The notes below the pieces were generated by a model, which was given only the letters and a program-made list of their open reading frames with translations, was not told the DNA's origin and did no database searches. DNA of 64,000 nucleotides from an uncultured Acidimicrobiia bacterium (GTDB lineage Bacteria > Acidobacteriota > Terriglobia > Versatilivoradales > Versatilivoraceae): assembly GCA_963786955.1 (NCBI GenBank), contig CAWBAT010000006.1, forward strand, positions 320,001 through 384,000. The letters run 5' to 3'. Positions 32,409 to 44,421 of this stretch are shown piece by piece. Position numbers and translations under genes: made by a program. Every line of letters begins with the position of its first letter. The stretch's first letter is position 1.

Positions 32409-34063
32409 ATGCGTTTCCCTTGCATCGCTTTCCTGCTTGTTCTTACCCTGCTGACGGGTGCTTATGCGCAACAGAAGAATGCTGCGAAAAACAAAGAACA
32501 AGCGACCCCGAGCGGAGAACACGCTCAATCGATGAAACCACCGGAAGGATCGTCACAGGAGACGCCCATAAAGCCAACGGCCGAGCAAAAATCCCCTGCG
32601 TTGAAAGAACCGTCATCCGACGATAAAGGTGAACAGTTCGACATGACAGAGATCCCACCAGTGGTCACTCATCAGCAATGCACCCTAAACGGCAAAGTCC
32701 TGAAATATACCGCGACTGCGGGACGGCTTCCGATTAAGCGCGGCGACGGCAAAATTGAAGCTGAAATGTTTTTCGTGGCTTATAGCCTCGAAGGACAGAC
32801 TCCCGGCAAGCGCCCTGTCACATTTGCCTTTAACGGTGGACCAGGTTCTGCTTCGGTGTGGCTGCACATGGGAGCGCTGGGACCCAAACGCGTGGCGCTA
32901 CAACCGGATGGATTCATGCCCGCTGCCCCTTATCGGATGGTCGACAACCCCTATACCTTGCTCGATGGAAGCGACCTTGTGCTGGTAGACGCAATCGGCG
33001 CCGGCTTCAGCCGCGCCGCAAATGAGGCGCTATCAAAGAAGTTTTGGGGTGTGAAGGGTGACATCGAGGCGTTCAGCGAGTTTATTCGCCTGTACATCAC
33101 TCGCTATGAACGCTGGAGTTCCCCCTCTTCTTGCTCGGAGAAAGTTACGGCACGACGCGCGCCGCCGGAATTGCTGGCCACCTGGCAGACCACGGCGTTT
33201 CTTTCAACGGAATTACTCTCCTCTCCATGGTATTGAGTTTCCAGACGCTCGTGGACAACAAGAGCAACGATCTGCCTTATGTTCTGCTCATCCCATCGTT
33301 TACGATGATCGCTGGCTATCATAAAAAGCTTCCGCCCGACTTGATGCAGGACCTTGGGAAAGCCCGTCAAGAGTCCACGCAATGGGCCTCGACGACTTAT
33401 GTTCAGGCTTTGGCTAAAGGCGATGCGCTCACACCCGAGGAACGGCAGAAAGTGATCACCCAAATGGCGAGATATACAGGATTGACGGAACAACTAATTG
33501 GGAATGCAAACCTTAGAATCGATGTCCCGAAATTCACGCATAATTTGCTTCTGGATCAGAAATTACGCGTGGGACGCCTCGACGGCCGTTTTACGGGATT
33601 GGATCCACAAGGGCTACTGGACACGCCTTTTTATGATCCGACTTCAGCCGCGATCTTGCCGCCTTATACTTCCGTCTTCAATAATTACGTGCGCACTGAC
33701 CTGGGTTACAAAACAGACATGCCGTACAAAGTTTTTGCGTTTAAAGATGATGACAGCGACTTGAAGTGGGAGTGGGGCTCAGGAATCGAGGGGTTCCCGG
33801 ATACGGCCAAAGCATTGAGAGAAGCCGTGGCGAAAAATCCTTATTTAAAGGTATTGGTGATGGAGGGATATTACGACCTGGCCACTCCGTTTTACGCCGC
33901 GGACTACACGATGGATCATTTGGACCTGCCTCCGAATTATCGGAAGAACATTACCTTTGCACGATACGATTCCGGACATATGCTCTATATTGAAACGAAC
34001 TCGTTGAAGAAGATGAAGCAGGATCTTGTTACTTTTATGGAAATGGCAATGCCAGCGGACTGA
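32409..34063 (+). CDS. S10 serine carboxypeptidase, exported (frameshifted)
   Basis: FAFNGGPGSASVWLHMG, GESYGTTR, GYYDLATP, Y.SGHM.Y. Confidence 0.9.
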
Positions 34064-34169
34064 GAGAGGACCTGCAATTGAAGGATTGTTTTCTTTACGG
34101 GACTCCCTGGGAAGCCCCGCGCCGAAGCAGTTACGTTGATTCACCTGACCATTCCGACAAATGACATTC

Positions 34170-35746
34170 TTACCGGATTCGATACGTTCTCGAATAACCG
34201 GCCGTTTGATTTGAAATGGTCACTTGAATGATCCCTTGTGCATCGCATTCATATAATTCTTCAACCCACATAGACCCCGCTTCTGGCCATCGTTCAATGG
34301 ACACCAGATCTAACCGGGTTTCCGTTTGCAAGGCAGGCGCATACGGAAAATAGACTTCATCCCAAGCAATAATATCCCCGCAGGGCTCGCGTTGTGGACT
34401 GTTCAAGTTGCCGCACTCGAAATAGCGAAAATGTCCGACATTATGCACGGGATGGTACCTCCGAGCGATCCGGATGGGAGGATATCCGAGTGGTGGCAAT
34501 ACCGTTTCTTTTGCGAAAATCGGATCAAATGCGATTTTCGAACCATCCTCACTCTCTCGCCAGACACCAAAGAAACGACTAAATCGTTCCTCCAGGCTGT
34601 AGCCACTTTCCTGATCCGCGGCAATAGCCAAACCTACTGCCGTAGCAGCAGAAGGATAAGGCGATCGCCGCACACGTTTCCCGAAATGTTCCCTTAAGGC
34701 GCGGGCTAGAACGGGCAGGTCACAAGAGCCGCCAACCAGGTAAACCGATACCACGGCCTCGTTATCGGCCCCCGATTGCTGGAGCACAGACTGCAAAACA
34801 AATTCTGTGCGCTCAACGGTCCATGAAATGAGGGGTTCGCATTTCCTATAAAATTGGGAAATGGGCACCAACACCGCATCCGCTTCCTCGCTGATCTGGC
34901 CGAAGTCGATCGTGATCTTCCGTGTATTTGTCCTGATGCTTTCCTTCGCTTCACGGCAAATATGAAGCAGGCGAGGACGGACATTTGCAGTCAAGGGGGG
35001 GATAATGATTCCGGAAGCAGCTAACGAAAAAGGCTTTCGCAGGGATTGCGGTAGAGTGGACTGAGATAAGGCAACCCCTAAAAGTAGTCGATCAAAATCA
35101 TCTCCACCCAGTTCTAGTGATTCCTTCGCTTCCGATGACTTCGTGTCGTTTACCAGTCACCCGAATGACCGAAACATCAAAAGTACCCCCTCCCAAGTCA
35201 TACACAACCAGGTGTTCGCATGGGCCAGCCTCTTCCGGGCGGCCAAATCGATAAGTAAATTCAATCCCCGCGGCAGAAGGTTCGTTGAGCATCCCGATCA
35301 CTTCAAAGCCAGCCCGGCGAAAAGCTTCTAGAGTCAGAAAACGTTGATTGCTATTGGCGTTCGTCGGAATACCGACCATCACTTCGAAGGGTTCTGCGGA
35401 TCGGTTTCAAGGTTGCTCCTCGTCAGAATATCCTGGTGTAAGGAATTAAGAAACCGGGTAAGCCATTCGAGGAAAGAGAACTTCACCTGCCCGATAGCCA
35501 TGATTGTCTGCGGATGTCCCCCGCTTAAATAGCGCTTAAAGGAATGACAGATTTCCCAGGATGAATCGTATTGAAGCGTCAGGGCATCCAATCCAAAGGC
35601 GACTTGTTCACCCCGAACCGCAATCAGGGAAGGATACCAATTCTGGTGAAATCCGGTTTCATGCTCGAACTCAGCCAACGGATAATGTGCTCAATGGCGG
35701 CTGCAACTCGAGTACGCGTTGTCCCGAAATCAATACCGAGTCGCAT
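34170..35746 (-). CDS. Atypical Hsp70-family protein (frameshifted)
   Basis: MRLGIDFGTT, NEPSAAG, YDLGGGTFDVS, GGDDFD, CREAKE, YLVGGS. Confidence 0.85.
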
Positions 35747-35930
35747 GAAGGCCTCTTCGGTTTGGAGCCCCATCAGCAAGTATTTTAATTTATCGCTCCC
35801 ACTCAAGCGGTGTGATTACGAATGGAATCGAATATTCAAGTGCAGACGTTCGGGTTAGAGCTGAACCAGCCGGGGTCGGGGCATCAACGTCCCAGGCTCC
35901 AGCAATGACCGCGAATTTGTAGATCCAGCG

Positions 35931-36712
35931 CTAACCCCCGATCAATCCATAGTACTCACTCGGCAGAAGCTTTCTTAAGTTCTTCAGCCGAATGTCCTTG
36001 TACTGCACCTTCATGGGTTCCGGAATGACAGGCATCGCCAAAACTCCAGAGACAAGGGCTTTTCCTTTCTCCTGATCGAAGAGCTCCGAAGTTACCCGCC
36101 GTTGATTTTAAGAGTAATCTGGTTTCCCCGAGCGACAATGTCATACTCATTCCATTCTTCAAGATCGATTCCCTTCATGAGCTCGGCCGCATCGGCAAGT
36201 CTGAGTCACACTTTTTTTCCCGTTCTCATCGATTACGGATTTCTCGCCTCTCGCCGCCAGAGAGTTTCGGAGCCATACTCATCCCAGATTCCTCCCAGAG
36301 ATTTCCCTTGTTTGGTAATATCAGCCTGGTACCCATGAACCAATCCACGTTCCCGCACCTGGCTTCGAAATTGCATCCCCGAATTGGCTTTCTCTCCAAA
36401 CATACGAAATTTAAATTAAGTTCAAAGTCATCAACTTTTCCGTCTTGCCAGACAATGAAGACATTTTCTTGCGGCTTGTGTTCCGGGGTCACCGTTCCGG
36501 TGATCGCTCCATCTTCCACTGACCAGACGCTCATATCAGCCGCCTTCCAACCCTTGAGGTCGTGCCATCGAAAATTGACTTCCATCCCGTATCGCCAGCC
36601 CAAACAGACGAATTCCCATAGCCCCCATCCCACCCATGGGAAATTGAGAGGAACGAGGAATAAGAAGGATAGATAGATAACTTCTCAGGAAAAGTCTTCG
36701 CGTGCAGTTCAT
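35931..36712 (-). CDS. DUF1080 (3-keto-disaccharide hydrolase family), Tat-like signal (frameshifted)
   Basis: TRRLFL signal; LKGW....WSVEDGAITG, DDFEL, PMKVQYKDIRLK. Confidence 0.8.
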
Positions 36713-37009
36713 CGTGAAAGCCTCCAACAAAGTGTTCTAGGATTTCCGAACGGATGCCTTAGGTTACCTTCCGATTCATGCTTTTTCAGTAGAGCGTAGC
36801 CCTTGCAGCCCAGCTTCTCAAGAGGAAATTAGGGACAGGCTTGTTCGTCTCTGTGAATTCGTGGGAGGAGTAATTTGATGCAGGCGAAATCCGCCTGTGG
36901 CTAAAGGACAGGTAAGAACATTTCTCACTGCCCTGATAAAAGCGTTGGCTTTGCCTTCGCGGATTGGTCTAGTTAGTTACTTTCGCGAAACTGCACGATT
37001 GCACGAAAG

Positions 37010-37255
37010 ATCCCCTTCTCGGCTGAGAAGGGGATTTGGCGCGCAGCGCCGCAGGGGTGGCGCGAGTTGCCGCAATACCGATACGGGCTTGGCCTTTCCA
37101 GGATTGTTCGAACACCCCGCCACGGCCTGTAGAGGCGGGCAAGATGCCCGCGCTCCCAGGGATGGACACTGCCATCGCCGCTCGGAGAGCGGCTCCCACA
37201 TTGTGTTTGATGCTTGATAAGCCACAGACCTCCAGAATCCGGAGGTCTGGGCTAC
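37010..37255. repeat. Mosaic of at least four REP-like palindrome families
   Basis: ATCCCCTTCTC-GGCT-GAGAAGGGGAT; GCGGGCAAGATGCCCGC-GCTCCC; GCCGCTC-GGA-GAGCGGC-TCCCAC; CAGACCTCC..GGAGGTCTGGG-CTAC. Confidence 0.7.
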
Positions 37256-37259
37256 CAGT

Positions 37260-37603
37260 TTTTTTTACCATAACGATAATCTTGGGGTCGTTGTTGTGAA
37301 CAAAAGATCGTCTGTCCGGACTCGATCGATCCGCAAGAACCGAGTAGAGGTACTCATCGTCAATGGCGGGGTTCAATAGACCACGCTATAATCTAGTGGT
37401 GACGATGATTCGTCCGGGATCTAATGAATAAATTGTAGGACAATTTCGGGTCTGAGTAGGGAAAGTTTACTGTGACTCGTTCCTTTTCAAGCCGTGTTTA
37501 TTCCAAACCACCACACTGTCTGCCTTGGTAATCCGGGGGTTCCAAGACTGTGAACTTCGAGATTGCCATTTTTTCGCCTGCTAATCCTTATTTCATTTGC
37601 CAT
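37260..37603 (-). CDS. Small hypothetical protein (~110 aa, frameshifted) downstream of the kinase
   Basis: AGGAAGGTGG RBS before the ATG (MANEIRISRRKNGNLEV...); last frame reads DEYLYSV....HNNDPKIIV. Confidence 0.45.
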
Positions 37604-37663
37604 AAGCCACCTTCCTTGTATTCAAAAAGGTATTGCGACTATAATGGTTTAGCTTGAATTCCG

Positions 37664-40559
37664 TTACCGTCTCACACGTTGCTGGCTGATTAGCGATATG
37701 TACCTCGAGTCTGCGCGCAGGGCTTTAAGTTGCGGAGAACGTTGGAAGGCGGCAAGGGGATAACCATGCTCGATTGCTTTGCCTATCCAGTGCAAAGCGC
37801 GCTCACGTTCCCCCCAATACTCGTAGATCAGCGCTGCCCGGTACATCACATAAGAATTCTCCGGGTCGACAATTAGAGCTCGCTGAAAGAGTTCCTCAGC
37901 CTTGGCCCGCTCACCTAACATTCCATAGTAACCTGACAAATCAGCCAGAAGCTCGGGATCACGGGGGTTCACTTTCAAGCGCGCCTCCGCCAGTTGTATC
38001 GCCTTCCGGTAACTTTCTTCAGCCTTGCTGGAATCATGGGTCCAGAGGTATCCAGAACCCAGATTCCCCCACCTCTCATAATTTTTGTCATCCAGGTTCA
38101 ATGCCTCCTGGTAAACCGCCAATGCTTCAGCGTACTTACCTTCAAAAAATAAAACGGTGGCCAGGTTATTGCTAGTGTCTGCGTTTGGTTGGAGCTGGAG
38201 AGACTGTTGCAACATCTCGCGTGCTTTTTGCCATTGCTCCAGTTGCATATAAATGGCTCCGAGATTGTTGTATGCTCCGGCTCTCTCAGGCGTTAACGCC
38301 ACCACACTTTCAAACTGTGAAATCGCCTCCTTGTATCGGTTGTGCTTGTAGTAGAAAAGTCCCAGGTAGTAGAATCCGCCCCAATAGTCCGGCTTCGATT
38401 CGATGGCCCTCCGGTACGTTGCTTCTGCCAATGGGAGATCTCCCTGAGCGTCATAAGCCGAAGCCAGGCCTGTCAATGCCGTTTCGCTCATCGGTTCCAG
38501 TTCCAAGGCTTTCTGAAATTCCACCCGTGCCGAGTCATAGTGACCGCTACCTTTTTCAATCAGACCCAAAGTGATATGGACCGGAGCCAATTGATCGTTC
38601 AGTTGGATTGCCCGCTGACAGTTAACCTTCGCTTTTTCAACCCACGACACATCTGCTTTGTTCTTGTCGTACTTGTACCAGCAGGCCTCTCCCAGCCCAG
38701 CGTAGGCTGAGGCGTAGCCGGCATCTTCTTTCAAGGCTTCCTGGAATACATAAATCGCCTGGTCGATGTTTCCCTCTTTCTGCCAATCCAGCAAATACCC
38801 ACGAGCCTCCAGATAATATTCATAAGCCCTGGAGACCTGGGTGCTCTCTGCAGCCTGCAAACGCTTCAAGATCTGGCAGTAATTCCAATTCCAGCAGCTT
38901 CGCCAGTTTGGCGGCAACCTGGTCCTGCAACGTTTGGAGCTTGGTCAGAGGGTAGTCTGTTAGGTCCGATTTCAACACTCGTGGGGTTTCGACATCCTCC
39001 AGGTTCAAAATGAAACGGATGCTTTCGGCGTTCCGTTGAAGGCTTCCCGTAATGGCCAGGTTGGCTCCAAAGACAGCCTTAGCCTTGGGGAGATTATCAA
39101 TGCCACTCTTAATCACTTCATGCGCCGGGACCACCCACAATTTTCCACCTGGCTGTTGAAGTTGGGTAAGCCGGGCGGTGATGGTCTCCTGCAATCCATC
39201 ACACAGCGGCTTGTTGCTGGCCTCACCGCCAACGTTGGTAAAAGGCAGGACGACCACATGCTTGTTTCGAGGAAGGCCCGGCGCGAGTATCCCACTCAAC
39301 CAATCTCTCACGGCGGGAAGCAGCAAGACTGCCAAAGCCAGAGCCAGCATCCAAGTCCAACTCGATCTCTTCGAGAGCTTTCGAATAGCCCTAACCGTGC
39401 GCTGGAAAATGCCTTCCCTTCCATCATTTTTGTCCTCTGGGCCATGCGTTATCTCCCGCTTAATTTTTTGAAGGTCAATCTGCAAATCCTTAGCTGACTG
39501 GTAGCGCTTTTCCCGGTCTTTCTCCAGGCATTTGCAGACGATGCGTTCAAACTCTGGAGTGACATCATAATTAAAGCGACTGATGGCTAACGGCCGACTG
39601 TGCAAGATCCGGTCGGTCGTGTCGTTCCGGTTGCTCCCCAGGAAGGGTGGCTGTCCGGTTGCCATTTCATAAAGCACTGTGCCAAAACTGAAGAGATCTG
39701 TACGTTGATCCACCTCCTTTCCGAGGATCTGCTCCGGGCTCATGTATAACAATGTCCCGACTACTACCCCGGGTTCCGTGCTGGATTGTGTAATGGCCTG
39801 TTCCTGCGGTATCTTCTCTGCAGGGTTGAACACCTTGGCCAGACCAAAGTCCAGCACCTTAACTCGTCCTCGCGGTGTGAACATTAAGTTGGCGGGTTTG
39901 ATATCCCTGTGGATGACGCCCTTGCTGTGGGCTTCATCCAGAGCATCCGCCACTTGAATACCAACCTCAATAAATTCTTCAAACCCCAGCGGTCGGCTTT
40001 GAATCCGATTAGCCAGAGTCTCTCCTTCTACATACTCCATGGCGATGAAGTGAAGACCGTCGGATTCACCAACCTCATAGATGGTGGCAATGTTAGGGTG
40101 GTTCAGGGCGGAAGCTGCCCTCGCTTCACGAAGGAAGCGGTGCATACGCATTTCATCCGAGGAGAATTCGGGTGGCAGGATTTTTAGCGCATCCGTTCGT
40201 TCCAGTCTGGAATCCCGCGCTAGGTAGACTTTTGCCATCCCCCCTCCGCCCAGAAAGGATTGGATGTGGTAATTTCCAAGCCGTCTTCCCACCAGGGACA
40301 GGCATTGATCCTCAGCCGGATTGGGGAGGGGGGATTGTGGCGTGTTCTCACTCATGGGGTTCGCAGCGCTTTGTTCCTTAGCCAGTAATGACTCTATTTC
40401 CAGGCGCAATGCTTCATCTTCATCGCAAGCCTGACGGAGAAAGTCAGCTCGATCGACAGGATCATGCTCCCGACTTGCTCTCAGTAAATCGGTGACTTGT
40501 TGCGCGGAGAATTTCGGCATCGGCCCCCCAGCTGAGAAGGCTGTTCCGATGTGGCTCAT
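37664..40559 (-). CDS. Ser/Thr protein kinase with TM helix, TolB_N-like domain and TPR repeats (frameshift ~38870)
   Basis: LGGGGM..VY, ALK, HRDIKPAN, DFGLAK, YMSPEQ; TM segment; VVVLPF.N; multiple TPRs. Confidence 0.9.
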
Positions 40560-41112
40560 GCCTGGAATTTTCGTGACCCGAAGGGGCTACGCTGTGAGGC
40601 AGATGGAATAAAAAGAAACCGTTCCTGAGTGTGAATATCTATTGCTGGGAACGGGGTTGAGGGGGATCAACCATCTTAAATGCCTTCACAGGATGGTGAA
40701 AGAAACCACTTTCAAAAGAGTTGTTAAACGTGATCGACCCCGAAAGAAATGTAAAATGTGAGCCCTCTTAGGTTTTGTTCCGAAATTGTAATTGTTTAAT
40801 TCTACTCTCATCATTTGCCCCCCGCAATCGGATATTTGACTTCATATGGCTATTTTGCCACCAACGCCAGTACTGACGACTCTGACAAAATGGCCAATGT
40901 GAGGGGGATGAGAGGAGAGCGTAAAAGGCAATTCCATACCATATATAGTATATTCCTAACCATCCTACTACAATAAATCAGAGCCTTTATGCCGTCTCAA
41001 CGTGGACTATTGCCGCCTCACGGTTAGCTAGCACTCTTAGGACGAATTTCTTCAAACTGTTAACAACTGAGATTCCCAGCCTCTTTTTTTCCGCTTGTGC
41101 CTGAATTCCTGG

Positions 41113-41872
41113 CTAAGACAGCACCTTCAGTTGAGGTGGAGGGGTTGGTTCGTCGAGACAGAAGCTCAAAGCTTGATGCGCCGATTCGGTCAGTAAATCG
41201 ATGACTGGCTGGGTGTGCAAGTGGAAGGCCCGTTGGATCGCAATCGCATACTCACTCGCTCTTGAGGCCGAAATAACGGCCGGCGGATATCCTGCTTTCA
41301 GGAGGTAAAAATTGGAGAATAGACGGATCGTGCTCCCGTTGGCTTCCGCAAAGGGGTGAATGTCAATAAGCTTGGCAAGCATCAAGGCTGTTTTTTCGAC
41401 TTCATGCATTTGGTGAAAGCTCTCGGCTGTAAACCATTCCAGGGCATTTTCAACGACATCGGGGACAAGCACGGACTCTATAGGCTCATGCCCTGCGCAG
41501 ATCGGTTCGATTTCAGTTTCCCGAAACCGAGTCGTCCCTTCTGCTTTCCCCGTCACCAAGAGATGATGAAGTTCCAATAGATTCTCGGTTGAAAGAGAGT
41601 CACAAGACTGGGCCCAGCGACAAATCCTCCGGGCAGCCTGTTGATGCCATTCAATGTCGTCTCCCGGCGATCTTCAAGCAACTCTTTCGGCCAAGATTGG
41701 AGTGAACTGCATTTTCGTCCAATGCCCAGTTATCCAGAGCCCATTGAGGACCCAGCAATTGTTCGAATCTCTTCCTTGGGACTTCTTCCGCCTGAATTAA
41801 CCGCCAACGGTCTTTTTTTTCAATCAATGAGAAAAATTGACGTCTCGTTTTGAATTCGAAGTCTTCAGCCAT
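41113..41872 (-). CDS. Fic-domain protein with a degenerate motif (frameshift ~41690)
   Basis: LLELHHLL, FRETE, IHPFAEANGSTIRL, LLKAGYPP. Confidence 0.75.
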
Positions 41873-41883
41873 TTGGAAATCTT

Positions 41884-42354
41884 CTACTTTGCCAATTCCG
41901 CTATCGCGCTTTCTTTAATGGCCTGCCGGGCTTCGCGATCCGCGGTCTTCTTTTTTTCGGTTTCGCGCTTATCGAATAACTTCTTTCCCTTGGCCAACGC
42001 GATGGCACATTTGGCTTTTCCATTTTTGAAATAAATCTTCAACGGGACAAGCGTCAGCCCCTTTTCGGTTGTTTTGCCGATCAGCTTCCGGATCTCACTT
42101 CGATGGAGCAGAAGCTTGCGCGTTCGCAGGGGGTCATGATTCATCCGATTTCCGTGACTGTAGGGACTGATATGACAGTTCAGCAGCCAAATCTCGCCAT
42201 TCTTAACCAGGCCATAACTATCCTTTAGATTCACTTTCCCTTCACGGATCGCTTTGACTTCAGTACCCTGCAGGACCATGCCGGCTTCAAAGGTATCCAG
42301 GATGAGATAGTTGTGGTATGCCTGACGATTAAGACTAGCCGCTCTTTCTTCCAT
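41884..42354 (-). CDS. smpB: SsrA-binding protein
   Basis: [41 protein letters not shown]. Confidence 0.97.
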   Translation of the reverse strand: MEERAASLNRQAYHNYLILDTFEAGMVLQGTEVKAIREGKVNLKDSYGLVKNGEIWLLNCHISPYSHGNRMNHDPLRTRKLLLHRSEIRKLIGKTTEKGLTLVPLKIYFKNGKAKCAIALAKGKKLFDKRETEKKKTADREARQAIKESAIAELAK

Positions 42355-43022
42355 TAGAAGGGGGACTTACGATTGTCCGGCGTTGCATAGGGGTTGACCG
42401 GTTGGGACGGCTGAGTGGATTGTTGTGGGACCTGCCCTGGCTGCAGCAAAGGAAATGCCTGCTGATTAGGTCCCGGGCTGCTGGCCAGGCTGGACGCCCA
42501 GCGGGTTTTGCTGGGCGCCTTAGGGGGAAGATTGGGTTGAGGAGGAGTTACATTCACAGGAGCCGTTTCCGCTTGCCCTTCTTCGACACCCATTTCGCCG
42601 CCAAATGGGTCTTCAGCCACGGGCGGTCTGTTCATCACATGGCCGGAAGGACCCGTCGCGGGCGCATTGCTCGAAGCAAGCTTGAAGGACTTCCCAAGGA
42701 TCAGCAACTTCATGATTCTCTCGGGATCCGCAGGGGAGGCAATCAAAATATAATCGGTGTTGCTTCCTTCGAGGACTTTCAGAAGCGCACTCTTCGGTGT
42801 CAAATTCTTGATTTCGACAAGAGGCAGATTCATTCCTCGCAGGTCCCCGGGGATGTCATATTCCATGCCCGTCTTCTCTTTGAATAGTTCCATCACTTGG
42901 CTGAAGGTCTTGTTTTCAACCGAGAAGTTCAACGGCTTGCCATCGTATTTTGTGGAAGGGGATGCAAAGGACCAAGTCAGCCCACAAACTAAAACATAGA
43001 ATAGACCTATCGAAAGTCTCAT
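42354..43022 (-). CDS. Exported hypothetical protein (STN/secretin-N-like domain plus Pro/Gln-rich tail)
   Basis: Signal-like N-terminus; low-complexity C-terminus; stop overlaps the smpB start. Confidence 0.55.
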   Translation of the reverse strand: MRLSIGLFYVLVCGLTWSFASPSTKYDGKPLNFSVENKTFSQVMELFKEKTGMEYDIPGDLRGMNLPLVEIKNLTPKSALLKVLEGSNTDYILIASPADPERIMKLLILGKSFKLASSNAPATGPSGHVMNRPPVAEDPFGGEMGVEEGQAETAPVNVTPPQPNLPPKAPSKTRWASSLASSPGPNQQAFPLLQPGQVPQQSTQPSQPVNPYATPDNRKSPF

Positions 43023-43197
43023 CAATCCCCGTGATTGGCTCATAACTATCCTCATCGGCAAAGCACCTAATAACATAAACAATGCTATCATGGAGATCGG
43101 CGGCGCGCAAATCCAGCCCAAATTAAAGGCGAACGTCTTTTTCCGTTACGCTTCTGTCAGGATACTTCTTTGCTTTGCGTCGACGCTCAAACCTCCC

Positions 43198-44222
43198 ATG
43201 CTCTCGTTGATCTTTCTCGCTATTCTTTTCTTACCTTTTGCTTTCGTGGGTGGTCTCGCGTTTCTTTGGAAATCAAAGCGCCACCGAATTTTACGCTGGA
43301 CGCTATTATCTTATCTGGGGGCCATTCCATTTTTCTTCTTTGTTGTTGGCCCATATGCCATGGCGAGAATCCTGACTCACGCCGGGAGTCGCCCGCCTGA
43401 CTTGAAGCTCAAAGAGACACCGGCGGACTATGGCGTCAATTTCGAGTCGATTTCTTTTGAGTCCAAGGATGGACTCCATCTCAATGGCTGGTGGATTCCT
43501 CCAACGACAAAGGATGGCGTGCTTATCTGCACCCATGGCCTGTTCCGGACCCGTGTGGAATTATTGGCTCGCGCCATGGTTGCAGCCAAATCAGGCTATG
43601 GGGTCCTCCTTTACGACTCCCGTTCTCACGGAAAGAGCGAAAAAGGCGTCGTTTCATTGGGGTGCCACGAAGCGAACGATGTCCTGGGAGCAATTCAATA
43701 TGTTCTTACACTTTACGAAGGGCGACCGGCGCCTAAGATTGTGCTGATGGGGGTCTCTATGGGTGCCGTGACGACGCTTCTGGCAGCTGCTCAGTCCGAC
43801 CGCTATGTTGCCATTGTGGTGGACAGCCCCTTTTCAGGCATTGAAGAGACCGTGATCGACCACACCTGGTTATTTTTCAAATTGCCCCGTTATCCCTTTA
43901 CCCCTCTATTCTTGTTCTGGTTCAACAATTCTCAGGCTGTGACCCGAGAATGGTGGATTCGCATCTTGCTTTAAGGCATCTTTTGCCTGTTCCGATGCTT
44001 TTCATCGGAAGCGAAGGAGATCGCCGCATCGGGCCTGATATTGCCCGGCATCTTTATCAGGAGTCGGATTCTCCTTTGAAACGGATTAAGATATTTGGGG
44101 ATGACGTAGGCCATGGCGCAGCCTATCGTCTCCACCCGATGACTACGCGGCGTGTACTCGTGGATTTCCTGGATCAGGCTCTAGCGAATGGTTCATCCGG
44201 GACAGCGGCTGGCGCACATTGA
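43198..44222 (+). CDS. Membrane-anchored alpha/beta hydrolase (frameshifted)
   Basis: HG, YDSRSHGKS, nucleophile GVSMG, DSPF, D and GHG catalytic residues. Confidence 0.85.
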
Positions 44223-44228
44223 GGCTGA

Positions 44229-44349
44229 GTACAAATTCATGATTACGGTGACGTTAACGCCGGTCGGTGACCCGGCCTACAACATTGTAGGCCGCGTGCC
44301 CCACGCCGCGCCTATCTAAGATGCCTCACCGTAATCATGAATTCAGTAC
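44229..44349. mobile_element. ~120-bp MITE/REPIN-like element with 18-bp perfect terminal inverted repeats
   Basis: AATTCATGATTACGGTGA (44234-44251) and TCACCGTAATCATGAATT (44326-44343), flanked by GTAC; internal GGCCTACAACATTGTAGGCC. Confidence 0.6.
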
Positions 44350-44421
44350 ATAGCACGTATCCAGTGAGATCGCGCTTGGAACAACTCTTGCTGTGTTGAA
44401 GTCTCAAGGAGAAACTCAATC

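Noticed and set aside
35005-35095. SRP-RNA-like CCGGAAGCAGC motif in an ORF-track gap
   Set aside because: The minus strand reads through as Hsp70 coding sequence (GGDDFDRLLLGVAL...)
40560-41112. tmRNA (ssrA) or ECF sigma gene near smpB and the kinase
   Set aside because: No tRNA-like ends, tag reading frame or sigma motifs were recognised
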